From the sequence record NC_042013.1: 64,000 nt of DNA, one strand, 5' to 3'. The notes below the pieces were generated by a model that ran no database searches, had not been told where the DNA came from, and worked only from the letters and a program-made list of their open reading frames with translations. Numbering within the stretch: the stretch's first letter is position 1; each line of letters begins with the position of its first letter. A program made the position numbers and the translations under genes. Below, one piece after another: positions 1-9,694 of the stretch.

Positions 1-2
1 GC

Positions 3-332
3 ATACGTTACGTCCGATGGGTCTACCTTTCCATACAAAGGTGCAATCAATGTCATTGCATTCGTTTTCAATTCTTGAAATGAAGGGGGGATAATTGTCT
101 CATCTTCGTTGATGATTCGAGCCGAATTGTAATATGTAGAACCATCATCGCTTACATGATAATAAACATCAAAATGTTTGTCATAGTCAGGATAATCTAC
201 GCCATCAAGGGCAATATCATCAAGATTATAACCATATGACGATTTACTCACTACACGATTAGAAACCTTTGGAATTTCTGAAAAACTATTTGCAATAGAG
301 AGAACAGTTCCAGTATAGGTTGAAATTTTCAT
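3..332 (-). CDS. hypothetical protein, partial (runs off window start)
   Basis: ATG at 332, open frame MKISTYTGTV...RPIGRNVC to the window edge; not in ORF track. Confidence 0.6.
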   Translation of the reverse strand, partial: MKISTYTGTVLSIANSFSEIPKVSNRVVSKSSYGYNLDDIALDGVDYPDYDKHFDVYYHVSDDGSTYYNSARIINEDETIIPPSFQELKTNAMTLIAPLYGKVDPSDVTY

Positions 333-336
333 ATAC

Positions 337-1182
337 TTACCTTTCGTTAAAAGCGTCGTATTCTTTCAATAGATCGCTGACCATGTTATCAAAATGCTTG
401 CATTGTTTTTGTTTTTTAGTTTGCATAACGGGTAATGCCAGAATCCTCTTATGGTTGTCAATAGCAATAGACCTGAAATCGGTATTATATCTCTGAGTGT
501 TTTCATCGATAAGGATATTAAAATATGTGATCAGTTTTGATGACATTCTCATATTGCAATATTCATTGGCTACAAGAATACCGGCCATTGACTGAACAAA
601 TGAAAGTGGCGGAACCGACATTGGTTTATGCCATTTACCATCGCGAAATATATTAGTCGGAATTGCCAATTCTTGAATCGCCTTGATATCCAAATATGAA
701 AAACTGTCTGGAGAAGACTGTGTAGCGAAAATGATAAAATCATCGCTATATCCAAGTTTCGACATATATGATCCAATAAGGGCATTGCCTACTGACGCTG
801 TAACGGGGATGTTGTTTACCATATCATATGCACCGTGGAACCCAACGGTTGCTTCTGTAGAGACGCCTCTAGCTTTTCCAGCAATCCAGATAAATGCACA
901 TCCTGAAAGACATTCATCTTCATCAAGAACATTGGTAGCGTATCCCTTTTCACGAATATACTTTCCAATTTCCATTGATTCCCACAAAAGTCCACCTTCG
1001 CTTTTAAGGATGACGTCGACATTGTCTCCAAGTTTCAAGTTTTTGAATTTAACAGAATCACCTGAAACGATTTCGCCATCAATGACAACATTTTGATGAC
1101 CGTTCTCAAGATTGAAAACAGTTATATCAGCAGCCAATGCGGGGAATGCGATAAGAGAAAACAGAACCGTCCAAAATTTCAT
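337..1182 (-). CDS. secreted/periplasmic ClpP/crotonase-like protein (COG3904-like)
   Basis: Signal peptide MKFWTVLFSLIAFPALA; motifs DGEI..GD, LKSEGG, CLSGCAFIWIAG, GFH. Confidence 0.7.
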   Translation of the reverse strand: MKFWTVLFSLIAFPALAADITVFNLENGHQNVVIDGEIVSGDSVKFKNLKLGDNVDVILKSEGGLLWESMEIGKYIREKGYATNVLDEDECLSGCAFIWIAGKARGVSTEATVGFHGAYDMVNNIPVTASVGNALIGSYMSKLGYSDDFIIFATQSSPDSFSYLDIKAIQELAIPTNIFRDGKWHKPMSVPPLSFVQSMAGILVANEYCNMRMSSKLITYFNILIDENTQRYNTDFRSIAIDNHKRILALPVMQTKKQKQCKHFDNMVSDLLKEYDAFNER

Positions 1183-1267
1183 ATAAACCCCCTTTTTAAA
1201 ACTTAGATATGACTACTTGATATTAACAATTTTGTCAAGTATGATACTAACAAATTAGGAGATTGAT

Positions 1268-1567
1268 ATGAAGGCTGGCCCGATTACTGACGATATAAAA
1301 TTGATGATTATTATGATAATCGATTCCGAAGATAAGTCGTTTTATATGGATAATAGTAACGACCTGTTTTATATCGAAAATGACAATCCGAAGTGTGTCA
1401 AAAAACACCTCAAACCTCTTTTGGATAATTATGATATTTTTTGGCGTGACAATAACAGGTGGTGGCGTTTAGTACGTAATGAAAGGTATGTAACCCATAT
1501 TGATTCATGTACCGATTACGATATGATAAAATTACATTTAAAGGAATATTATGATCAAACTAACTGA
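1268..1567 (+). CDS. hypothetical protein, 'DDxKL' paralogue family B
   Basis: N-terminal ITDDIKLMII; similar to next two ORFs. Confidence 0.7.
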   Translation: MKAGPITDDIKLMIIMIIDSEDKSFYMDNSNDLFYIENDNPKCVKKHLKPLLDNYDIFWRDNNRWWRLVRNERYVTHIDSCTDYDMIKLHLKEYYDQTN

Positions 1568-1811
1568 AGAGATCATGCTAACAATGATCCTTAAAACCTC
1601 TAATACAGTCGAGATGGAATGGGTTCGTGACGGATTCAATGATGGTCGTTTTTATTTCGAAGAAACACCAGAACCAGTACGACCATCTTTTAAGGGCTAT
1701 TATGATATTGTGTTTGATGATATGAATATCTTTTTTCGAATGACGTCCAACGATAATTTAGCCTATGTATATTTTATCGAGGATAGTTACTTTTTGGAGA
1801 TAGTAAAATGA
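1551..1811 (+). CDS. hypothetical protein, family B
   Basis: LTEEIMLTMIL; overlapping tandem paralogue. Confidence 0.7.
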   Translation: MIKLTEEIMLTMILKTSNTVEMEWVRDGFNDGRFYFEETPEPVRPSFKGYYDIVFDDMNIFFRMTSNDNLAYVYFIEDSYFLEIVK

Positions 1812-2149
1812 AAAGACTCGAAAAGGTAGAAGACGACGTTTTTCTTTCTATAATTATGTCCACCCATAACGATATTGATAAACAATGGTTGTTCACTAAT
1901 AAAGACTATCTCTATTATCACCTAGAACCAGTTGATTACCCTGAAAACTTTTTTTCAATTTTCCCTGCCGGTGAAATATATTTTATATATGATATCTTGG
2001 GAATTACTAAATTCAGACACATTTACCGAAATTCGTCAAAATTATTATGCCTTGGGGATACGAATTGCGTCAGTGGATTTACTCATAAAAAATTTCCTTT
2101 GAGATATACTCGACTTGACAATGTTATACAATTCGAATACGACTTTTAG
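1808..2149 (+). CDS. hypothetical protein, family B
   Basis: VEDDVFLSIIM; ATGA overlap. Confidence 0.7.
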   Translation: MKRLEKVEDDVFLSIIMSTHNDIDKQWLFTNKDYLYYHLEPVDYPENFFSIFPAGEIYFIYDILGITKFRHIYRNSSKLLCLGDTNCVSGFTHKKFPLRYTRLDNVIQFEYDF

Positions 2150-2171
2150 GAATTTTAAAAAGGAGGTAATA

Positions 2172-2489
2172 ATGAAAGCTGGTTTTGATATTACAGTATT
2201 CGACTCCGTTGATGAATGGCGAACCATTCTTGAAACACTCGGTCTTGTCGAGGAACCTGTAAAAACTGATAAAGGTTTCATCTGGAAATTCACGGACGGC
2301 GTTATCGTAACGTCTTATAACCCAATTACTCTTGAACATTATGGGCGCGATCAAAAAGCGCACGAATGTATGGCTGGTTACATTGGGATTGAAGGTACTC
2401 ACGAGTTCACGTCAAAGGCTTTCATCATTATCAAAGAAACCGCTGATTATATCAAGAACGAAGAATATGGTAATCGTTCATATATCTAA
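2172..2489 (+). CDS. hypothetical protein
   Basis: AGGAGG RBS before ATG 2172. Confidence 0.75.
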   Translation: MKAGFDITVFDSVDEWRTILETLGLVEEPVKTDKGFIWKFTDGVIVTSYNPITLEHYGRDQKAHECMAGYIGIEGTHEFTSKAFIIIKETADYIKNEEYGNRSYI

Positions 2490-2501
2490 AAAGGAGATAG
2501 C

Positions 2502-2693
2502 ATGAAAATCACATCTAATTTTACAATCATTGTTATTTGTTCAATTTTTGCAGGTATGTTTCTCGCTACCATTCTCGGTATGCATTACACCAAAAAAGTG
2601 CCTGAAAAAGTAGTAATCATCCCAACTCATTTGATCGAAAAGTCATTTTCTCCAACCGAAACACAGCGTATCCTAACTCCAACGAAAGATTAA
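2502..2693 (+). CDS. small membrane protein
   Basis: GGAG RBS; hydrophobic N-terminal helix. Confidence 0.65.
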   Translation: MKITSNFTIIVICSIFAGMFLATILGMHYTKKVPEKVVIIPTHLIEKSFSPTETQRILTPTKD

Positions 2694-2697
2694 AAAA

Positions 2698-3054
2698 ATG
2701 GCAAATTTTTTCACATTCAAAGTAGATGTAGATGGTAATATTATTGAAGAAGTAAGTGCCGTTTATATCAATGGATATCAAGTTGATGAACGTATTCTTG
2801 AAGATGTTATGTTTCGTATCAAGCCAACCAGTGATCGTAAAGATATCATTGTTGAGGTGGTTGAAGATAGCGCAGAATATTTTAACAAATTGAACACAGC
2901 AAAGTGGCTCAAGGAAGTAAAGAATTGCGCAATCAATTACGACGTCTTTTCTCTATCTGAAGATGGTTCGGATGATGACGGCGTGTTGTATGACAAAGAC
3001 AAACCATATTCCGATCAAGGCGCATATTACGTTTCGGAACCCGTTTTTCCATGA
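2698..3054 (+). CDS. hypothetical protein
   Basis: Compact ORF in operon. Confidence 0.7.
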   Translation: MANFFTFKVDVDGNIIEEVSAVYINGYQVDERILEDVMFRIKPTSDRKDIIVEVVEDSAEYFNKLNTAKWLKEVKNCAINYDVFSLSEDGSDDDGVLYDKDKPYSDQGAYYVSEPVFP

Positions 3055-3383
3055 CCAATTTTACGCCTAATCTTAACATATTATTTGATAAGATGGTTGA
3101 ATGGGATATATTTTGTTTATCATATACTCCAGACGAGGAAGATTGCATTCGTGTTACTCGGTTGTCCTCGTTTGGTAGTTATTCTGCTCAAAATATAGAT
3201 GAAATATTACCGTTCAAGATTTTTGATTCTATTTCCGATGTCAGACCGTGTTTAACATTTGATTTGTTTTCAAGATCGTCTTTTAGTGAATTTCTGTTTA
3301 GATCAGATGGAAATTTTGTAGACCTAACAACAGAACAAGCATCATCAATTCTTAAAAAACATACAACTCTTTTAGACTGTTAA
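3051..3383 (+). CDS. ISDIIP-motif family A protein
   Basis: IDEILPF. Confidence 0.7.
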   Translation: MTNFTPNLNILFDKMVEWDIFCLSYTPDEEDCIRVTRLSSFGSYSAQNIDEILPFKIFDSISDVRPCLTFDLFSRSSFSEFLFRSDGNFVDLTTEQASSILKKHTTLLDC

Positions 3384-3407
3384 TTTAACGTAAAAGGAAA
3401 GTTTATT

Positions 3408-3794
3408 ATGAAAAAATATGTAAGTTTTGACTTTCATACCAATTACTTCAGTGACGACGACCCTGTTTTTCATGTCTTTGGCTTCACTGTTGATGATCCA
3501 ACCGGAAAGATTCAAGAGTTGGTCAACGGTGATGATTGGGTAACAGAACTCGCGGAGGAATTAGAAGGGATGCTAGAAACTTCCCTTACAGCGGTTTTTT
3601 ATCCAGAGGAACAATTCTTCGGTTCTACCAGCTATGAAATCGATGATAGCCATTTGGATAACATTATTTCAGGAATGGAATATGCTCGCAAATGGTTTGA
3701 AGAAGCGGGTGGTATTGTTGGGGAACTTGTCACAGTAGTTGGTGGAGAACAGGATGATCTTGAGGGAAAACTCAAAGTCGAACTTGGAATGTAA
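3408..3794 (+). CDS. acidic hypothetical protein
   Basis: AAGGA RBS, 128 aa. Confidence 0.7.
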   Translation: MKKYVSFDFHTNYFSDDDPVFHVFGFTVDDPTGKIQELVNGDDWVTELAEELEGMLETSLTAVFYPEEQFFGSTSYEIDDSHLDNIISGMEYARKWFEEAGGIVGELVTVVGGEQDDLEGKLKVELGM

Positions 3795-3803
3795 TATTTT
3801 CGA

Positions 3804-3831
3804 TTGACATTTATAGTTCTTCCGTTATTAT
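3804..3831 (+). promoter_or_regulatory. sigma70-type early promoter
   Basis: TTGACA-N16-TATTAT. Confidence 0.65.
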
Positions 3832-3861
3832 GAATCTAATTTGTTCAATAAGGAGATTCAT

Positions 3862-4158
3862 ATGCCGTATTTTCGTGAGCTACAAGATGGTAATGGTGTT
3901 TTGGTATCTTCTATGAAGATGCTAACCAAAGCAGATGTCGAGTATGTTGCCGAGGTTTTTAACCTCCTTGATCCAAGCCATCTCTATGAGGCGTCACGCA
4001 ATTTTATGGGATATGAGGGTTTTGACGGCACCGTATCCCGTTACGAAAAATCAGTGTTTGGTCATAAGGGGAAATACATCGAAACTATTTCCCGCCAAGA
4101 ACTTCTCGAAATTTGTGATGACAGACCTATGGTTCACCAATCGGTTTCACATGTCTGA
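3862..4158 (+). CDS. hypothetical protein
   Basis: AAGGAG RBS before ATG 3862. Confidence 0.7.
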   Translation: MPYFRELQDGNGVLVSSMKMLTKADVEYVAEVFNLLDPSHLYEASRNFMGYEGFDGTVSRYEKSVFGHKGKYIETISRQELLEICDDRPMVHQSVSHV

Positions 4159-4468
4159 GACAATTTTAAAAAATAATATATTGAAATGTGATTTTTCCAT
4201 AATCACATTTTCTGGAACCGAGTTTAGTGTGTATTTTTATAGACTCGGGAAATACGAATGCACAATGGTTAACTGCATATCTGAAATATTTCCATTCGTA
4301 ATAGACGTAGATAATATAAGTTCTATGACTATCAATGTTTGGGATAACAACGAAACTGTACAAGTTGATATTCATCCAAAGGGTGAATATGAAAGACTTG
4401 ACCACGAAGATTCTATTAAATTTCTTATTGAAAATTCAACATTCGGTGAGATGCGTTATGTCTCCTGA
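4151..4468 (+). CDS. family A protein
   Basis: ISEIFPF; start re-assigned to ATG 4151. Confidence 0.7.
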   Translation: MSETILKNNILKCDFSIITFSGTEFSVYFYRLGKYECTMVNCISEIFPFVIDVDNISSMTINVWDNNETVQVDIHPKGEYERLDHEDSIKFLIENSTFGEMRYVS

Positions 4469-4757
4469 ACAAAAACGTTTGATCCATATCTTCACAAAAT
4501 TTAACGTCGATGAAATCGAATATTACAACGGCGAGTATATGTTGGATGTCAATGGTACTTACGTCTATACCTACGATATTAAAGACTACTTACCCGTTGT
4601 GATTAAAGCAGGTGATATATTCGAATTCAGTATAAAAAATGTTCACGGGACTATCGTTCTTCATATACCAACCTTTCAACACAAACCTCTTTATTCCGAA
4701 AAAGTTTATGATTGGTTTAAAGCCAACACTACGTTTTATGATTTTTCACCGGATTGA
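4458..4757 (+). CDS. family A protein
   Basis: IKDYLPV; start re-assigned to ATG 4458. Confidence 0.7.
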   Translation: MSPEQKRLIHIFTKFNVDEIEYYNGEYMLDVNGTYVYTYDIKDYLPVVIKAGDIFEFSIKNVHGTIVLHIPTFQHKPLYSEKVYDWFKANTTFYDFSPD

Positions 4758-4811
4758 CATTATTGTTATTCTATAATAAAACGGTTTGATCGTAACAGGA
4801 GACCTATTAAA

Positions 4812-5102
4812 ATGTCTGGTAATATGAAAACGTTAATGGGTGCTCTTGAGTATTTTGGTATAGATTCTATTAACTATGTTAACAAAGTTTTCTATGTTGT
4901 CATTGACAGAAATAGATCATCTTCAGAAACATTAGAAAATATTTTTCCGTTCTTCACGGAAATTAGCCCTATGTCATCTTTTGCTTTACGAAGAAGTGAT
5001 AAATTTGTACCGCTTGTTTTTGATGAAGGAATCAGACTAAACACTGGACCAGAAATAGATGCGTGGGTACGAAGGCATACGTCATTTGAAAGTTTTTGGT
5101 AA
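4812..5102 (+). CDS. family A protein
   Basis: LENIFPF; AGGAG RBS. Confidence 0.7.
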   Translation: MSGNMKTLMGALEYFGIDSINYVNKVFYVVIDRNRSSSETLENIFPFFTEISPMSSFALRRSDKFVPLVFDEGIRLNTGPEIDAWVRRHTSFESFW

Positions 5103-5365
5103 TGATTACATTCGTTGAAATGATTGAAAAATACGATATCGAAGAACTTGAACTGTTTAGTGGTTCATTCACTATCTCCTTTACCCACGGACTTATATTC
5201 GTTGAGGTAGAAGACATTAGCGATATCATCCCTATCGTTATAGAATCGGAAGAAGAATTTAGATGCACACGCGATTTTAGTATCACTACTATGCATTTTT
5301 TCAATAATTTTATCAACAAAGACGCGTGGGCAAATAGATCAACCTCGTTCGAAAGATTTAAATGA
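5096..5365 (+). CDS. family A protein
   Basis: ISDIIPI. Confidence 0.72.
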   Translation: MVMITFVEMIEKYDIEELELFSGSFTISFTHGLIFVEVEDISDIIPIVIESEEEFRCTRDFSITTMHFFNNFINKDAWANRSTSFERFK

Positions 5366-5823
5366 TGACGATTTATAAGGTTTATAAAGAAACATATAAT
5401 GCGCAATCTTGTGTATGGGTTGTTGACAAGGGTTCTGAAAAATATGTTAATTGCACAGCAACTGATATCTGTAATGCAATAAAAAATTTAAACAAGAATT
5501 TTCATTATGACGAAATATCTCATATAAAGAAAAATATAAAGGCTGTGGAGACACATTTTGAATTTTTGGCAAAGAAATTGGCAATAGTCAAAAAATTAAC
5601 CACCGATGAACTCACGACAATGGGTATTAATTATTTTGGTATCCTGAGTGAATTCAAGAACACCCTAATTCGACTACAAGATTTCGAACGAGATTATATA
5701 TCGCATTTGAAATTCGAGGGGTATTTGAGAAACGAACGATACTCATTTAAAGAAATTTATTTACACGAAACGGTTGATTTATCTGGTGGAACTGTTATAG
5801 TTCCAAAGCAAGAAAAGGATTAA
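5362..5823 (+). CDS. hypothetical protein
   Basis: 153-aa ORF, ATGA overlap. Confidence 0.65.
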   Translation: MMTIYKVYKETYNAQSCVWVVDKGSEKYVNCTATDICNAIKNLNKNFHYDEISHIKKNIKAVETHFEFLAKKLAIVKKLTTDELTTMGINYFGILSEFKNTLIRLQDFERDYISHLKFEGYLRNERYSFKEIYLHETVDLSGGTVIVPKQEKD

Positions 5824-5826
5824 CAC

Positions 5827-6060
5827 ATGAACAATTATAATATCGGAATTATTATGACCGTTGGAACCTACACCCCACCTGAACCGAAAGGTGGTGTGCA
5901 GGCATCTACCCCTGACGAAGCAGTTAAAACCGCCAAAAATATCATTATGGAAAGTGGTATCAACACTGAAGGTTTTGAAAAAATCGCGTTAACTACAATG
6001 ACGGATGATATGAAATTTTATGCATTTGTGTATGATTTTGAAACGCTCGAAAAATTATAA
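5827..6060 (+). CDS. hypothetical protein
   Basis: AAGGA RBS. Confidence 0.65.
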   Translation: MNNYNIGIIMTVGTYTPPEPKGGVQASTPDEAVKTAKNIIMESGINTEGFEKIALTTMTDDMKFYAFVYDFETLEKL

Positions 6061-6125
6061 TATCAGTTGACATATTTAAGATATATGCTATCCTCGTGTA
6101 ATGATTTAACATAAGGAGAAGAGCA

Positions 6126-6587
6126 ATGACTGTATTTGTAATCGAGCGTTATTATTGGAACGACAATGCTGATTGCCGTCCTTATTGGGCAAAACTTTCG
6201 GATAAGTATTTTACCGATGAACCAGAGGAAGAAGTTAAGAAGCTTGTTGATCACCTCAACAAAAAGTTTGTCGCTGATATCATCGAGGATTTAAACGATG
6301 AATTGAAAGCGTATGAAAAAACTCGTGATGAGACCGACGCCAAGCTTACTTTGCTGAAAGAGATGGATGAGGTATTGGCAAAAGCTGTCGGGTTTGATAA
6401 GGAAAAATTTGAAAAGAAGCTTGCAGATACGATTGATAAAATCGACCGTATTAAGGATAAAATTACCAAATATGAAAGCGGTAATGGCGAGCTTACCAAG
6501 GAGAAATATGTTTATTCTCCTCTACAGTTTCATGGCATTGCTAACCTTTCCTCTGGCCCTAAGTTGGTGAAAAAAATCCAGAAATGA
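6126..6587 (+). CDS. coiled-coil hypothetical protein
   Basis: AAGGAG RBS; long K/E/D heptad segment. Confidence 0.75.
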   Translation: MTVFVIERYYWNDNADCRPYWAKLSDKYFTDEPEEEVKKLVDHLNKKFVADIIEDLNDELKAYEKTRDETDAKLTLLKEMDEVLAKAVGFDKEKFEKKLADTIDKIDRIKDKITKYESGNGELTKEKYVYSPLQFHGIANLSSGPKLVKKIQK

Positions 6588-6922
6588 TAACGGTGGATAA
6601 TAAATGTTGGGTGGAACGTATGGAGAAACTATTCTCCATACACGACCTGATTTATATAGATATTCATAAACTACCAGTCGTCGGATATTATTGCAGAATA
6701 ACATCTAGTAGAAATCAACATTCATTTAGTATTGAAGATTTCGACAGTTTTATTCCATATAAAATAGATATAAACCCAATTGTTAGTAATATTTGGATTT
6801 CTAATTATCCAACCGAAAAATTTGTATATAAAATATCTACCATAGTCGACCACGTGTATACTAGTCACTGTGATGACGTCGCTATCAACATGATTAGACA
6901 ACTTACCACTATAGGTGAATAA
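6584..6922 (+). CDS. family A protein
   Basis: FDSFIPY. Confidence 0.68.
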   Translation: MITVDNKCWVERMEKLFSIHDLIYIDIHKLPVVGYYCRITSSRNQHSFSIEDFDSFIPYKIDINPIVSNIWISNYPTEKFVYKISTIVDHVYTSHCDDVAINMIRQLTTIGE

Positions 6923-7261
6923 ATGGAAAATGACGCTCGTTTCGCCTTTGGTTTATTTCTGATGAAACATTCCATTCAGTCAATCCAATGGCGCAATAAT
7001 AGGGCATGGTTAAAGAATAAACATGTTCGTTTTTACGGCGATAATATCAGCGATATTATCCCGTTTGTTGTTAATCCATTTGAAAATGAAGATTTAATCG
7101 GGCGAATTGGTCAAGTGTCGAGAGTAAACACACCTAGAGCATATTTTAAAATGTTCATCGACGGTAGTCAACTAATAGGATTAGATAGGGAAGAATCAAC
7201 CAAATTATTTTTTGAACATTTCGAATGGAGCGATGATGTATGTCAAATATTAAAATTATAA
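6923..7261 (+). CDS. family A protein
   Basis: ISDIIPF. Confidence 0.72.
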   Translation: MENDARFAFGLFLMKHSIQSIQWRNNRAWLKNKHVRFYGDNISDIIPFVVNPFENEDLIGRIGQVSRVNTPRAYFKMFIDGSQLIGLDREESTKLFFEHFEWSDDVCQILKL

Positions 7262-7545
7262 GAGATTTTTTTAGAAAATTTCGTATTAAAAGCGTTAGGT
7301 TTATCGCTGATAACAATAATAGTGGTTTCTTTGAAACCATTACATATAATAATTTTTATTATCAAAATCCTACTGAATTTGCCCCATTCCAAATCAATAT
7401 GGATGATTATAACCATTTCGAAATTTATATACCTGAGGACAAAACTCAAAATTGGAAAATATTTGTTTCATTCAACCATCCATCTATTCTTTCAACTGAT
7501 GAATGGCTTGCCTACAAATTTAGTATATTCGAGTATTATAAATGA
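7240..7545 (+). CDS. family A protein
   Basis: PTEFAPF. Confidence 0.62.
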   Translation: MSNIKIIRDFFRKFRIKSVRFIADNNNSGFFETITYNNFYYQNPTEFAPFQINMDDYNHFEIYIPEDKTQNWKIFVSFNHPSILSTDEWLAYKFSIFEYYK

Positions 7546-7826
7546 CTGATCATTACTTTTATAGAAAAGCTCGTGAAAAATTACATTCTATCAAAGTAGA
7601 ACACATTTACCGTAGCAGTGAAAACAAGCTGTTTGTAGTTGTTAATTCGGTCAGGCACAAATGTGACCGCATAAGTGACATAATTCCTTATGAATTTCAT
7701 GTTGATGAATGGATTGAGTTTGATTTGGGTATAAGTTCTTGGGCTGGTTATGTCGTTAAAAATCACACGGCACTTGCCGTCAATGATGATATATGGAGAA
7801 TAATATACAAATCTTTTAATCAGTAA
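7542..7826 (+). CDS. family A protein
   Basis: ISDIIPY. Confidence 0.72.
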   Translation: MTDHYFYRKAREKLHSIKVEHIYRSSENKLFVVVNSVRHKCDRISDIIPYEFHVDEWIEFDLGISSWAGYVVKNHTALAVNDDIWRIIYKSFNQ

Positions 7827-7882
7827 GGGATTGACTTTTTATTATAAACATGTAAAGTCATTATAGAAAAAAGGAGATTTAG

Positions 7883-8155
7883 ATGAGTGATATTTTTGAA
7901 CATCGAAAAATCGTTAATGACAACTTGGACGAAATTGCGTCGATTTCCAACCTCCTTCACGAGGTTGGTATGACGAAGCTTGCTAAACGGTTGGACGTCG
8001 TTATTGGAAACATTAATACATCAGTTATTAGTGTAGTAGAATCACATATGACTAAACTTGATGAAATGGTTTCACAAGCAAATCAGAATACGAAAAATAT
8101 TCTTGAAGCCCTTGTTACTGGCGTTGATCTTGGAAGGAGAGAATCACTTGATTAA
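7883..8155 (+). CDS. helical hypothetical protein
   Basis: AAGGAG RBS, upstream TTGACT. Confidence 0.72.
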   Translation: MSDIFEHRKIVNDNLDEIASISNLLHEVGMTKLAKRLDVVIGNINTSVISVVESHMTKLDEMVSQANQNTKNILEALVTGVDLGRRESLD

Positions 8156-8372
8156 CGTTGAGTTGATGATTGGAATGTATCTCGTGGTGGCTGTAGGTGT
8201 TTCTCTGTTTCTAGGAACTCGTACCCCTCTACCAGCCAGTTTAAAAGGTTGCATTCTAATTTTCATCATTTCCGTTCTTTGGCCGGTTCTCATTGTTGCA
8301 TATATTCTTATGATGGCATATGCCTTTGTTTCAACACTTTTCAAAAACCCTGAAGGTGATACGCGTGATTAA
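8148..8372 (+). CDS. small membrane protein
   Basis: Two hydrophobic helices; TTG start after AAGGAG. Confidence 0.6.
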   Translation: MINVELMIGMYLVVAVGVSLFLGTRTPLPASLKGCILIFIISVLWPVLIVAYILMMAYAFVSTLFKNPEGDTRD

Positions 8373-8373
8373 T

Positions 8374-8682
8374 ATGGATGATTTTTCTATTATTGAATAT
8401 TACGAGGAAGAACACGGATTTCTCAATACGTTCCCCGTGTCGTCCATTTCACGCAACGAGGTTGTCCAAAATCTAAAAGAATTGATTGAAGACGAAACGT
8501 ATGTCGTCAATTCATATACACCTCAGTTTTTTATGTGGTATAAAATCATGCTCAACCGTAATTATTTCCGCAACCATAATGGAAACCTTGATCACGAAAA
8601 GGTTGAAACATTTGTACATAATGTCGAACCCCTCCAGATGTGGGTTTTGAAAAACCATACATCATTGAAAGATAAGGATTGA
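8374..8682 (+). CDS. hypothetical protein
   Basis: ORF in operon. Confidence 0.65.
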   Translation: MDDFSIIEYYEEEHGFLNTFPVSSISRNEVVQNLKELIEDETYVVNSYTPQFFMWYKIMLNRNYFRNHNGNLDHEKVETFVHNVEPLQMWVLKNHTSLKDKD

Positions 8683-8685
8683 TAA

Positions 8686-8931
8686 ATGTCGAAGACTGTT
8701 GAGGAAATCGCAGAAGAGTTGCGCGGAACACCAACGTTCCTTTCAACGGTCTTGGAGAAGTATGAAATGGAACACCTCGAGAATGATATCGAATGGTGTC
8801 TCTCATTAGATGATTTGGTTTTCTGTTGTGAGATATGTGAGTGGTGGCATACTATTTCGGAATGTGCAGATGCAGGTCGCTCACAAGGAATTTGTGAAGA
8901 ATGTTTTAACGAAGGAGAAAGTGATGACTGA
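8686..8931 (+). CDS. putative Zn-binding protein
   Basis: CEIC ... CEEC pair of CxxC motifs. Confidence 0.7.
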   Translation: MSKTVEEIAEELRGTPTFLSTVLEKYEMEHLENDIEWCLSLDDLVFCCEICEWWHTISECADAGRSQGICEECFNEGESDD

Positions 8932-9193
8932 CGGACTTACAGCGGGCAAGCTTATCGAAATGCTTCAAACGATTGATCCTGACACTCCTGTTCATTTTCA
9001 TCATGGCGGTGGTGATTTCCCTCGTATGATCCAAGACCCTGAAAATAAGCACCCTTACAGTAAAATGTTTGGTTATATCGAACTTGCACAATCTAAAAGC
9101 GACGAAAGCTTTTTCGTCACGACGAGTGATTCTTTTTACAAAAAAATTAAGAAGAATTGTCACAAGCCGTTTAAAGCATTGGTGGTAATGTGA
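8924..9193 (+). CDS. hypothetical protein
   Basis: AAGGAG RBS; LTAGKLIEMLQTIDPD start. Confidence 0.7.
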   Translation: MTDGLTAGKLIEMLQTIDPDTPVHFHHGGGDFPRMIQDPENKHPYSKMFGYIELAQSKSDESFFVTTSDSFYKKIKKNCHKPFKALVVM

Positions 9194-9402
9194 AACTTAC
9201 TCCTAAGCAAGAATCCATTCTATGTTTTCTTTGTCCCTCATCTAATCCTTATTGGGGAACGACCGAATGGCCGGATAAAGACGAACTGAGGATGATCCGA
9301 AAACTCCAACGAATGAAACTTGTACACCTCCATCACGGACACTGGAGAACAACGGTGAAAGGTAAAGAGATTGTATTAGGATGGATGGCAGATGACATTT
9401 GA
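9190..9402 (+). CDS. small winged-helix-like protein
   Basis: LTPKQESIL ... KLQRMKLV ... WRTTVKG pattern. Confidence 0.45.
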   Translation: MKLTPKQESILCFLCPSSNPYWGTTEWPDKDELRMIRKLQRMKLVHLHHGHWRTTVKGKEIVLGWMADDI

Positions 9403-9694
9403 ATATAATTCCATTATAGAACCATATTCCGATGAGGAAATTGTTTTTGGAACCCCTTCTTATATGATAGCTAATGATTTTTATAATCTTTATAGATCAC
9501 AGTTAGGTCTTTGTCAGTTGGTGGTAACACCGACACATATAAAAGGACACGTTGGGTTTTCTGAATTCAAAGGTCTTTATATGTGTCAAACATATGTATC
9601 GATTCCGTTTTATGGTCAAACACCAAAAGCGCTGGTTAAACGATTTAAATCTATCGTGAAATTTCTAGATAAACAGCAAAGGGGAACAACATGA
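9392..9694 (+). CDS. hypothetical protein
   Basis: ORF in operon. Confidence 0.65.
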   Translation: MTFEYNSIIEPYSDEEIVFGTPSYMIANDFYNLYRSQLGLCQLVVTPTHIKGHVGFSEFKGLYMCQTYVSIPFYGQTPKALVKRFKSIVKFLDKQQRGTT

